This document shows, piece by piece, positions 35,256-47,124 of a DNA stretch of 64,000 nt. How positions within the stretch are numbered: the first letter of the stretch is position 1; each line of letters opens with the position of its first letter. The notes under the pieces were generated by a model that was not told where the DNA came from, did not search any database, and worked only from the letters and a program-made list of their open reading frames with translations. A program made the position numbers and the translations under genes. This stretch comes from Macrostomum lignano (Eukaryota): the NCBI GenBank assembly GCA_002269645.1, contig NIVC01002433.1, forward strand, positions 110,440 through 174,439. Reading direction: 5' to 3'.

Positions 35256-36130
35256 TTGGTCAGGGTTTATTGGTCAGATCTCATTGGTCAGGGTTCATTG
35301 GTCAGGGTTTATTGGTCAGGGTTCATTGGTCAGGGTTTATTGGTCAGGGTTCATTGGTCAGGGTTTATTGATCAGGGTTTATTGGTCAGGGTTTATTGAT
35401 CAGGGTTCATTGGTCAGGGTTTATTGGTCAGGGTTCATTGGTCAGGGTTCATTGGTCAGGGTTCATTGGTCAGGGTTTATTGGTCAGGGTTCATTGGTCA
35501 GGGTTTATTGGTCAGGGTTCATTGGTCAGGGTTCATTGGTCAGGGTTCATTGGTCAGGGTTTATTGGTCAGGGTTCATTGGTCAGGGTTCATTGGTCAGG
35601 GTTTATTGGTCAGGGTTCATTGGTCAGAGTTCATTGGTCAGGGTTTATTGATCAGGGTTTATTGGTCAGGGTTCATTGGTCAGGGTTTATTGGTCAGGGT
35701 TTATTGATCAGGGTTCATTGGTCAGGGTTTATTGGTCAGGGTTCATTGGTCAGGGTTCATTGGTCAGGGTTCATTGGTCAGGGTTCATTGGTCAGGGTGC
35801 ATTGGTCAGGGTTCATTGGTCAGGGTTCATTGGTCAGGGTTCATTGGCCAGGGTTCATTGGCCAGGGTTCATTGGTCAGGGTTTATTGGTCAGGGTTTAT
35901 TGGTCAGGGTTAATTGGTCAGGATTTATTGGTCAGGGTTCATTGGTCAGGATTTATTGGTCAGGGTTCATTGGTCAGGGTTCATTGATCAGGGTTTATTG
36001 GTCAGATCTCATTGGTCAGGGTTCATTGGTCAGGGTTTATTGGTCAAGGTTTATTGGTCAGGGTTTATTGGTCAGGGTTTATTGGTCAGGTTTATTGGTC
36101 AGGGTTCATTGGTCAGGGTTCATTGGTCAG
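35256..36130. repeat. Minisatellite, 14 bp unit GGTCAGGGTT(C/T)ATT, immediately upstream of the CEP83 ATG
   Basis: ~60 copies. Confidence 0.97.
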
Positions 36131-37004
36131 GATATTAGCGAGTAAATCTTATCAAGTCTTAATTATCCAGTATTAATAATAATTACTATTAATTCTGCTT
36201 TATTTATTGACATTGGCATACAGACAGCAATACAAACCAACCCGCACAAACAAATTATACAATACTACGATACTACAATAATCATATAATAATCGATACG
36301 CATAAAAACGAAGTTAAAGCAGATTACAGAAAGTAAGAGCCGTAAGCCCCGCGTGTTTATACTCGAGTTGAACATTATCTCAAAGACTAGACAGAAAATC
36401 ATTGATAGACAATATTCGAGATTTTTTTTACCAAACACAATGCAAAACGCGACACTTACTACTTTAAGCGGTAATTCAAAGTTTAACAAGAAAGTTACAA
36501 TTCATGCAATTAATATTGGAAAATAATGTTTTGAATCACAGATGTTGAAGTTATTGAAGCATTTGTGCACACTTTTTCAGTTTTGAATATTATCAAAAAG
36601 CATATATATATTCACAACTTAACTACCTCAGGGTTGGTTTAGTGCATTTTTGCGTTTGGGTCACTAAGAAATATTGATGTTAACCAGGATATTATTTATG
36701 GGTGGACAATTAACCACAATCAGTATTTACTACGGTAGTGTTTTCTAGGAACCTTGCAATCACCAAACTACTGGCATATAAAAATTTTAGCAAATCAAGG
36801 AGACAATCATTAAAACTTTCGTCTTCAAATTTGTACACAGACAATGGAATGGCAAGAAAAATTAGGATAATAGCCAGAAACACAACGATACATTTTACGG
36901 CCATGAGCTTTTGAGACCTTTATTAATGATGGTTTAGGACACCAATAATACATGGAGGTTAAAGAAATTTAAAAAAGATTATGACAGCACGTACAGACAC
37001 CATT

Positions 37005-37465
37005 TTTCTTTCTGTCTGTCTGTCTGTCTGCTGTCTGTCTGCTGTGTCTGCCTGCTGTCTGTCTGTCTTCAGTGTTTGTCTGTCTGTCTGTCTTCTGTGT
37101 CTGTCTGTCTGTCTGTCTTCTGTGTCTATCTGTCTGTCTGTCTTCAGTGTCTGTCTGTCACTTTGTCTGTCTGTCACTGTGTCTGTCTTCTGTCTGTCTT
37201 CTGTGTCTGTCTGTCTGTCTGTCTGTCTTCAGTGTCTGTCTGTCACTTTGTCTGTCTGTCTTTAGTGTCTGTCTGTCACTTTGTCTGTCTGTCGCTGTGT
37301 CTGTCTGTCACTGTGTCTGTCTGTCTGTCTTCTGTGTCTGTCTGTCTGTCTGTCTTCAGTGTCTGTCTGTCACTTTGTCTGTCTGTCGCTGTGTCTGTCT
37401 GTCTGTCTCTCTTCGGTGTCTGTCTGTCACTGTGTCTGTCTGTCTGTCTTATGTGTCTGTCTGTC
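37005..37465. repeat. (CTGT)n-rich microsatellite downstream of SYS1
   Basis: Imperfect CTGT run. Confidence 0.95.
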
Positions 37466-37630
37466 GGTCTATCATATTGTCTGTCTCGTTTTGTTTGCCT
37501 TATATATTCCTATCAGTATATCTATCTACCTACTGTACATACCTATCCCTATATACATTCATTAAAACCAATGTCTTTCCTTCAATAAGAAAAGCAGCAG
37601 CAATTACTACGCCAAACCAATGCAGAGTCA

Positions 37631-38092
37631 TCACAGATCAATGCGAGCAGTGTGCACCGGAATGTCCTGCAGCTCGGCGCGCAGGCACAGAAACTCGCCA
37701 AGCACGGTGGTGATCACAGCGGCTACCGAATTGGTCAACCACCAGACAAAATTAGTAGGGAAAGCTCTATTATAAATACAAGTAAATAGCAGATGATAGA
37801 CAAAGACTGTAACGCTAAAGTCCAAGCACTGTTTAGTCCGGCGAACAACAAACAATAGACCAGCTGACAAAGTGAACGAATTCAGCAGGCAGGTCAGTAC
37901 AGACAATTTGCCTGGGGTGTCGCGAAATCTCAGATAAGCAAATGAGAAAATTTGCGACAAACTCGGCGATTGCATCACGAACAGATTGGTTGCTAGGGTC
38001 CAAATGCATAGGCAGAAATAATACAGCGATTGCATAGCAATGATTTGGGCAATAATCAGGGCGGGATCCCAGCCGCTGGCACGGAATCCCAT
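37631..38092 (-). CDS. SYS1: SYS1 Golgi integral membrane trafficking protein, 153 aa, single coding exon
   Basis: [68 protein letters not shown] matches the SYS1 family signature (F...WDP.LI..QI...Q; R.K.CLDF; LGEYLC...EL..I). Confidence 0.95.
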   Translation of the reverse strand: MGFRASGWDPALIIAQIIAMQSLYYFCLCIWTLATNLFVMQSPSLSQIFSFAYLRFRDTPGKLSVLTCLLNSFTLSAGLLFVVRRTKQCLDFSVTVFVYHLLFTCIYNRAFPTNFVWWLTNSVAAVITTVLGEFLCLRAELQDIPVHTARIDL

Positions 38093-38409
38093 GGCTCTGA
38101 GGCGATAGTAGACGATTAGCTTGCTTTAGGGCAGAATCTGTCTTTTAGAAGCAGGTCTGTACAGTAATTAGTAGTACTAACATGAAAGACAAATTAATTA
38201 TTAGGAATTTAGAATCAATCATTTTGCGTCCCAAATTAGGACCATGGATAGCTTTTTATTTCGAAGTTCTACATATTTTTTTTATTTTATAATTCATATT
38301 TAATTTGGACTATCAATAACTTGGTACACAGGACACAAAATTTCATAAAAAGTATAAGTCTGCCTTCTATTGGCCATAGTAGAGTCCTTTGCAGGCTACA
38401 TTAGAGAGG

Positions 38410-38663
38410 CAGTGGCGGCACAGGCAGGAGGCAGATAGGGCTACTGCTCCTGGATGACTATCTTTCTAACCCCCCCCCCCTGGGGAGTTGACACCCTCCC
38501 ATCCTTCCATGGGGTAACCTACCATCAATCTTTTAGTCTAAACTCATATACATTTTTGTAAGATTTTAGCATCCTAGGCTGCTCTAAGTCCAAAACTTTG
38601 CTAAGGGAGGAGGTGACCATCTAACCACTGCCCTCCCTAATCAGAGGTGCTGTGCCACCACTG
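38410..38663. mobile_element. hAT-like MITE, 254 bp
   Basis: TIRs CAGTGGCGGCACAG / CTGTGCCACCACTG (13/14); flanks TAGAGAGG / GAAAGAGG (6/8, degenerate 8-bp TSD). Confidence 0.6.
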
Positions 38664-40503
38664 GAAAGAGGGCTACAGGCCAAAGTGTTAAGAAAATAAA
38701 GACTAAAAACTAACTACATTTAAATTAGAGTAATATTGAACAAATAAGATAAAGAGCCAGTAAGTGGGCGCAGGGCCCAAACCAATTAATTTTTGGAACA
38801 TTTAACTTTGGGGGGTTGAGCCCAGTATAATAAGGAGAGGGGTGGAGTGCGCTACTGAAGAGAGAGGCAAGAATGGAGAGCCAATCAGAAGGCAGCAAGG
38901 GAGAGAGATAAGAATAACAAGATAGAGCTAGACAAAGAGAAAGAAAAAGTAAACAGAGACAAGTGAAGGTGAACTAAAGAAATGACTAGGAAAGTTGCGA
39001 CACACAGAAATGATCTGAGGGTGGTTGAAGGAGACCCCTGCTTTGAATTATTTGATTTCTAGAATTTCTAAACTGCCTATTATATGTCAACTTTGAGTAA
39101 TTTCTAAAGATGGAGTCTATTGACTCTACTCTTGCAACTTATACAAGTCAAAGGTTCAGTAAATGTAGGTTATGCTTGAGATGTTGGTATCTAATCAGGT
39201 TATCCAAAATGTTTTTGCACATATTTGTTGTTTTGATTGCTTATAACTATTTTGTTTTATTTTTTACAATTATTTTAGTATCTAATAGAAAAATTTGCAA
39301 CCATTTAAATGAATTACACTATATACTAAATATAATTAAACATAATTTTAACTAAAGAAATAAAATACAAAATTTCACAATTTGTACTTTTTTCTTTTAC
39401 AAATTAGAAATTTATGTTGAATAAATTTTATATGAACAGATATAGGATTTTATACTTTTTATTAATTTTTTGACAGACACCAGCTAGCATAGTGGTCTCT
39501 AATTTAGCATCTTGAAATTTAGACTGAAGAATATAAAAAACAATGAGCTTTAGATATTGAACAAAAATGCAAGTCTAAACATTTCAAATTTAAATCTTAA
39601 ATGTATAATATTATAATCTCAACTATTATATTGAAAAATTTACACAACAATCAATTACTTAAGGTTATTCAAATATTGAACTATATATACTAACGGATAC
39701 CTTATAACCTACTAAACATTGGCTGAAGATACTTAAGTATCTTCAAAAAAAAAAAATTTTTTCTAATTATAGAATAGGCCTATTAATAAATTACAATTTT
39801 ATATATTAATTTTAAAATGTACAAAAATCTTTTTATTTCTATATATACTGTATAGACATTAAGTTCTATTATAACTAAGGCTATATAAAAAAATTAAGAT
39901 AAATACAATTCTAGCTATTGTTTTTGTCATTATATATAAAGATATATATTAATGATGCTAAGTTCAAATCAAGCTTCACTTTTGGTAGCTTCAACCTAAT
40001 TAAATGTCTTAAATTATATTTAGTATCAATATATATAGCTTAAAGGGTTGCCTCTCCCCTTTAGGCAATGACCCAAAAAATAAAATGAGGACCAAGCATT
40101 TTTTTGCCAAGAATAGAGCTACCTCTCTGCCCTCCTCTTCCTGGGACTGGCACATGACTAAGACCGCCACATACTAAGATTGCCATAGCTATTACTGACA
40201 ATTGGTATTAAAAAGGAGCTTCTCCTTCTCCTAAAACCAATCTTTTAAATATTGCTATTTGTCTTATAGGTTCCTTTTTTGCAGGCTATCAATAATAAGA
40301 ATATCTTGTTGGCTTTCCTAGGCCTATTTATTTATCTTCTCTTTAGCACTATTTAATAACACATTGAGCCAATAATCCTCTAGCTTTTTAAGGATAGCAG
40401 TCTTGGTCCTATACCATGGGACTTTACCCTCTAGAATCTAACCCATCAAACAATTTTTGGTTGCGCTACTGATCTAATTCAGAACTACGCCTAGGCCTTA
40501 TAG

Positions 40504-40978
40504 TCTATAGACCATAGCTGGGAAGGTGGCAGTTTTTGGTGAATTTTCCGGCGCAAATTGGCCCTTTTTTGGCACACACGGCGCACATGGCATACAAGGA
40601 AAAATTGGAAATGCTCTGGCAGCACACATGGCGCATGGTGCTGAAAAAAATATATAGTTACACTTCATTATACTTTGCAAAATATATAGTGTTTGGCCTA
40701 ATTCCATAATTCGTAAAATAAAATTACGTAAATTACATAAATTACATAAATCATGATATAAAATACACAAATGAAATTCAAATTTGTCTACCGTAAATTC
40801 TTTATAGTAGAATAAATACCTTACCTTACCTTACCTTACCTTAGACTTACCTTATCATGGCGCGCTGCGGGGCACAAAATCTTTTCTTCATGGCACACGG
40901 CGCACAGTGCTCAAAAGCCATTGATATAGTTCCGGCGCACACTGTGCCACCTTCCTGACTAGGCCTATGGTCTATAGA
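40504..40978. mobile_element. MITE-like element with nested terminal inverted repeats
   Basis: TAGCTGGGAAGGTGGCA (40515-40531) vs TGCCACCTTCCTGACTA (40945-40961), 14/17; outer IR TCTATAGACCATAG / CTATGGTCTATAGA; internal GGCGCA motifs; no TSD found. Confidence 0.55.
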
Positions 40979-42666
40979 TAAAGTCTTGAAGGCTATCTTT
41001 TCAAATTGTTTGTTTAATTCCAAATCCCACCCCCACCACCCTTGAATAGAGGGTGAAATAATTCCAGAAATAATTAAACGAATGATTTGAGAAGATTGCC
41101 AGTCTTGAATTTAAGTCTATAGATAATATTTATATATATTAATAGAAACAATACAAATTTAATACAAATATAAATAAAGATATGAGACTCTTTAGAGGCC
41201 TAGTTTCATTGCAATATATAAATTATCTTTGCTTTTCTAGTTAAAATTGTCATATAAATATTATCATCAGTATGCTATTGATGTGATAATTTTGAATATA
41301 ACAACTTTGACTTAGGCCTAATTGTAACCTTAATAGGCCTAGTGCAGTAGTGCTAGGCAAAATGCATTACAAAATGTTGAAAATTTTTAATTAAGACCTA
41401 AAATATCTAATTAAAAAGTTTTTTATCACTTCTATAACTTTTTTATTAGGGCCTAATATTAGGTCTAGGCCTATTGGCTGGTACAGTACTACTAAGTATT
41501 AAATCATATCATAGACAATTGACTAGGGCCTAATTTGTAAAAGTGAGGTGTCTTTTTACTCAGGCACATAAGATTTATAAAAAAAGAACAGAAAAAATAT
41601 AAATATTAACTTTCAAAATATTAAATGGAGCGGTGGAGCCTACTAGAGTCCACTAGTAACTAGTGTTATTAGTGAATACAAAGTTAAAATACATTCAACT
41701 TTCAAGCATTTAGGACCAAATAGCTAAGTACAGTATGCCTAACACTAATGTCATTGCAGTCCAATACATTCATTAAATTACATGACATTATCATTACATT
41801 AAAGCTTGACAGATCAGAAGGTTAAAATATGGAAATGGCGGAATTGAATAGGGCAATTAGGCAAAGGTTAAGCCGAGTACTTAGTGCGGCGGTTCGTAAT
41901 ACCTCGAATGACGTACATTTAAAGCTGTATTTAATTTAGTCATAAAACTAAAAAATGCATAAAACGATTTCATTTTTCTTTGCTGATAATGTTAAAGTTT
42001 ACTTTTTATTTGGATTAGGTAAAGAAACTGCGTTATTCTGTCTGCGGTATTTATTGTCAAGATGACATTTTCAAAACATTGAATTTCCACGAAATATTTT
42101 ATAACCCGCTTGTCTTTTTGTCTTTGAAAATACAAAGCCTAAACCAGAGACCATGCGAATGCGATGGCACAGAAATGAGTTGCTAGAAAAAGCTGCCTGA
42201 AGCGGCTTACCAAAGCTGCAAATATATCTGTCACTAAAGTCCAGTTTTTTGACGGCAGCAATATTGGTTTCTGAAGTGTCAAATACTATTCAAATCAAAT
42301 GCTTTTAAATACAGACTGTCTGTTAAAGACAGAATTTCACTCGGTCTGTTAATGGCAAAATTAATTGCTATCGAGTATATAAAACTAGCTAACGCTAGCG
42401 GATGCGTCTGTTACTCTGTTATAAAATGCCTTATTCTCTATTGGTATTGTATATCAAATCTAGAACATGTAAATAAGGTGACACTGACACCCAATGTTGC
42501 CTCTTGCTTGGCATATTTGTAGCAGCCTTTTAAAAGCGTGACATATTTCAATTAAATTTTATTAGTAAACTAGGGAAGGCAATGTTATGCTTCAACATTA
42601 AATCTTATGGAATAAAACTTACGTTTACTAAACCTAATATCAATGATAACCTAAGGTGTTTTAGAA

Positions 42667-43331
42667 CATGGGTCGGCAACCTCTGGCCCATAGGCCAGAT
42701 CTAGCCTGCAAAGACTTTCTGTGTAGCCCGCAAACTTCCTTTATCTTCAAATTCTTCATTATTACAATCCAGCCCATACCTTTATTGTAACCTAATTGTT
42801 TCTCCCACAAAAGTTGTGTGTACTCAAAGTGGAGAATTTCTTTCCTCAATTGTCAATTTTAATGACAAATTAGCAATGAGACATTAACTGAATATGAGTG
42901 GCTGTTTACAGAGTCTAGACTAGACAGCATACCAATTCAAAATTTTGAATAGAATAGAAATAGGAGAACTGATAGTGAAGGAAAGTGAGGTAGGGCTTGG
43001 TGGTGGGCCAAAAATGGGGTACAAATATAGTACATTGTTAGGGCTAACTGTATAGTTGAATTGGACCTTCTAAGAATATATTAAATTATGATGAACTTGT
43101 TTTCTAATTCTGTTTCTTCAGTATCAAATATTCTAGCCCATCAGTAGTGCAACCAAAAATTTATTGAGGGGGTAGATTCTAGAGGGTAAAGTCGTAAAGA
43201 CCCAGGGGGAATGGATTCTGGAGGGTAAAGACCCAGGGGGGCTTCAAAATAATTGGGGGCAACCTGTGGCCTGTGGTCTTGGACTGAAAACCTCATGTAG
43301 CCCTCAAATGGAAAAAGGTTGCCAACCCTTG
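42667..43331. mobile_element. hAT-type non-autonomous element, 665 bp
   Basis: TIRs CATGGGTCGGCAACCT / AGGTTGCCAACCCTTG (14/16; resembles the CAGGGGTCGGCAAC hAT terminus); flanks TTTTAGAA / TTTTAGAG (7/8 TSD). Confidence 0.7.
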
Positions 43332-43874
43332 TTTTAGAGTATAAAATTGGTATAAAACATGTATAAAAGATTTTTAAAAGGAATTCATGCACTGTAAGAA
43401 TTTTGACTATTTTCCAATGTTTTAATATAAAAAAATCTAGCTTGCTTTTACCTATAATAAGCTATGCATTTTCATTTGACTAATAATCACTTTCTTATAA
43501 TCAATTTATTTATATTTTTATTCTTAAAATAAACAATTTAAATTTAAAAATTTTAGCAACTGGACGAAATTTTTGCTTGGCATATTTTAATGCAGGAAAG
43601 ATTTACTTAAAACCTTTTTATTGTTAAATAAGAGTTTACAAAACAATATATTTTGAAGAATTTTGTCTATACTATATATATTCAATATTTTATCAGTATA
43701 TTAAAAGTTGACATATTTTTTGTAAAATTAAACAATAAACAAATCAAATCAAATTAGTTCTCAGTTAAAATAAACTTTTTTAAATAAATTCGGGCTATTC
43801 TGTAATCTGCAAATAATTTGTTACAATTAAGTATAATATCAATAGGGCTACAATTTGATTCTTTTTTAAAGCAG

Positions 43875-44784
43875 AAATCATATATTGGATTGGATTTAAA
43901 ATATTTTCATTATTTCTCTCTTTTTTTATGCCAATAAAATGGTAAATCCAACTCTTGGAATGATCATAACTGGTTGTGTTATACTGGTTATTGCAATCTG
44001 TTTCTACTGTTGCTTGAGACTGTGAGTGTTTTCATCAGTATCCCTAAATATTACCTCATACTTAAAATAAATACAAAAAGCAAATGAAATACTTTGTAAG
44101 AGGTTGCCTTTCTCAGAAAACCAGGAATAGGAAATGGAAAAAACTAATCAGACAAAGATTTTTTTACTTTTTTTAACTGTGAAAATGTACTTCAGAGGTA
44201 GTTGTGTCCTTTGCTTTATAAAATTTCTTTTACTTTTTCAGTCTTAAGAGGTCTGGAATACGTGAACTTGGCTATCACAAGGTATGTTGCTTTTCATTAC
44301 CTCAGATCTATATAATTTATAATTTAATAGTTTCAGTTGCTCTTTCAAAAGATGTGCATTTGAAAACTAGATTTAATCCAATCAATTTTCTTATTTCAGA
44401 CGAAGTACGAGAGAAGCAAGAATATACTAAATGAGGTGAGACAGAGTGATTTCTGCCGCTTATCGTGTAGTCTTCAGACTATATTTAATTTATTTACAAC
44501 CTCCAGGCCTGCCCAGTGTGCCTCGAAGATTTCATGGCAAAGGAATCTGTCTTAGTTTCGCTGTGCCATCACGCTTTTCATGATAGGTAAGAATAATACT
44601 TCAAAGCAATTTAGATTTTGATTTGTCTACTGATTTGACTATCAGTAGACAAATTTGGCAATCGTGTTTTATCTGTTTTTTTAGTTGTCTTCTCCCCTGG
44701 CTACGAGAGAACAACAAGTGCCCGCTATGCAAAACTGGCATTGGGGCGGCCACAGAACACACGCCCCTAACGTCAACCATTTGA
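43875..44784 (+). CDS. RING-H2 finger protein, RNF24/RNF122-like (5' end not resolved)
   Basis: Exons 43875-43941, 44242-44281, 44400-44435, 44507-44586, 44685-44784, all AG/GT and in phase: IIYWIGFKIFSLFLSFFMPIKCLKRSGIRELGYHKTKYERSKNILNEACPVCLEDFMAKESVLVSLCHHAFHDSCLLPWLRENNKCPLCKTGIG..*. Complete C3H2C3 spacing; hydrophobic segment then basic linker before the RING as in RNF24/122. First listed exon is less certain. Confidence 0.85.
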
Positions 44785-45219
44785 AACATCGTCATCTCCC
44801 CCATGTGCACGTAGAAATTCTGCATTTCTCTTCGAAAATTATAACCACATTTTACAATTCCTACAGTGTAGCACTTTACGCAGGTATTTTTAAGCAAGGT
44901 GTGAGAAGTATTCGTGATTACGCAAAAAAAATGACTGTTTAGAGATTTTACATGTAGATTCGACTCTGTAAGTTTTTTATTGGATTTTTATTAATTTATT
45001 TCGTTGTTTGTTCAATGACCATTGTGCTATATCACTGCATTAACTGCATTTTATAACAACAATTAAAGTAATCGATTGCAAGTATTTTACCTCTAACCTC
45101 ATTTCTCGCTATTTGCAGTATTAAGGTCACTCTTTTCAATAGAATTACTTTATTACTTGATTTTTACCTGTTTTATTCTAATGGAATTTGCAGGATATAT
45201 GTTTGATTGCAAGGAGGTT

Positions 45220-46495
45220 GCATATCCCGGACACTTCATGTCCCCGACACTTCATATCCCAACACTTCATATCCCCGACACCTCATATCTCCGACACCTC
45301 ATATCCCCGACACTTCATATCCCCGACACTTCATATCCCCGACACTTCATATCCCCGACACTTCATGTCTCCGACACTTCATATCCCCGACACTTCATAT
45401 CCCCGACACTTCATATCCCCGACACCTCATATCCCCGACACCTCATATCCCCGACACTTCATGTCCCCGACACTTCATGTCTCCGACACTTCATATCCCC
45501 GACACTTCATATCCCCGACACTTCATATCCCCGACACTTCATGTCCCTGACACTTCATGTCCCCGACACTTCATATCCCCGACACTTCATGTCCCCGACA
45601 CTTCATATCCCCGACACTTCATGTCCCGGACACCTCAAATCTCCGACATCTCATATCCCCAACACTTCATATCCCCGACACTTCATATCCCCGACACTTC
45701 ATGTCCCGGACACTTCATATCTCCGACACCTCATATCCCCGACACTTCATATCCCCGACACTTCATGTCCCGGACACTTCATATCCCCGACACTTCATGT
45801 CCCCGACACTTCATATCCCAACACTTCATATCCCCGACACTTCATATCCCCGACACTTCATATCCCCGACACTTCATATCCCCGACACTTCATATCCCCG
45901 ACACTTCATATCCCCGACACTTCATATCCCCGACACTTCATGTCCCTGACACTTCATGTCCCCGACACTTCATATCCCCGACACTTCATGTCCCCGACAC
46001 TTCATATCCCCGACACTTCATGTCCCGGACACCTCATATCTCCGACATCTCATATCCCCAACACTTCATATCCCCGACACTTCATATCCCCGACACTTCA
46101 TGTCCCGGACACTTCATATCTCCGACACCTCATATCCCCGACACTTCATATCCCCGACACTTCATATCCCCGACACTTCATATCCCCGACACTTCATATC
46201 CCCGATACTTCATATCTCCGATACTTCATATCCCCGACACTTCATATCCCCGACACTTCATGTCTTAACACTTCATATCCCGACACTTCACATCCCCGAC
46301 ACTTCATATCCCCGACACTTCATATCCCCGACACTTCATATCCCCGACACTTCATATCCCCGACACTTCATGTCCCCGACACTTCATGTCTCCGACACTT
46401 CATATCCCCGACACTTCATATCCCAACACTTCAAATCTCCGACACTTCATATCTCCGACACCTCATATCCTCGACACTTCATGTCACGACACTTC
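45220..46495. repeat. Minisatellite, 16 bp unit CACTTCATATCCCCGA
   Basis: ~80 copies; higher-order duplication (~400 bp period at 45631/46031). Confidence 0.97.
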
Positions 46496-47124
46496 ATAAA
46501 AAATATCTCAACATTAGCACAGTATGACTACTATGTGTAATACATGTAATTATGTGTGTATCTTGTACTATATTTGTACTGTATGTATTAATGCGGAAAT
46601 ACAGAAATCTCCATGTTTTGTCTCTATTTCAATGTACGCTACATGTTTGCAGTGCCACACGCCAGCATCAGAATGGTTGAGCTGTTTTCAATCTTATGCT
46701 GCACTCAAATTATTTGTTCCAATCTCCACAGCATACAGTATATAACTGCAGGTGTTAACCCGAAATTTCCTTACAAAACATCAGAATTTCACGTGTTGCT
46801 TTCTACCATTTCATTTGAGTCAGTGCCATTCCACTTGATGTGCATGTACATCATGAGCCTTGTTTTAAAACTTTGCTACACATGTACATTAAATGTTTTA
46901 ATATTTAAGAAGTTAACTTTCGAAGATGAATAGCTGGTCGCGGTTTGTATATTATTTGCTTATTATTATTATTATTTATTATTTTTAACGAATAAAAAAT
47001 ATGCCTTGAGTATTCAGTAGAGACTTTTGAATCGATTTTATTGAGAATTTTTTGCAAGATTTTGCGTTTTCTTCTAACTTAACAAATTAAATAATCCAAT
47101 TGGTAAAAATCCAGCTACAAGCTA

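Noticed and set aside
39110-39355. AT-rich short ORFs (39110-39355, 36265-36489, 36710-36904, 62175-62717 and similar)
   Set aside because: Hydrophobic, Ile/Phe/Lys-biased products expected from AT-rich noncoding DNA; no motifs or splice support.
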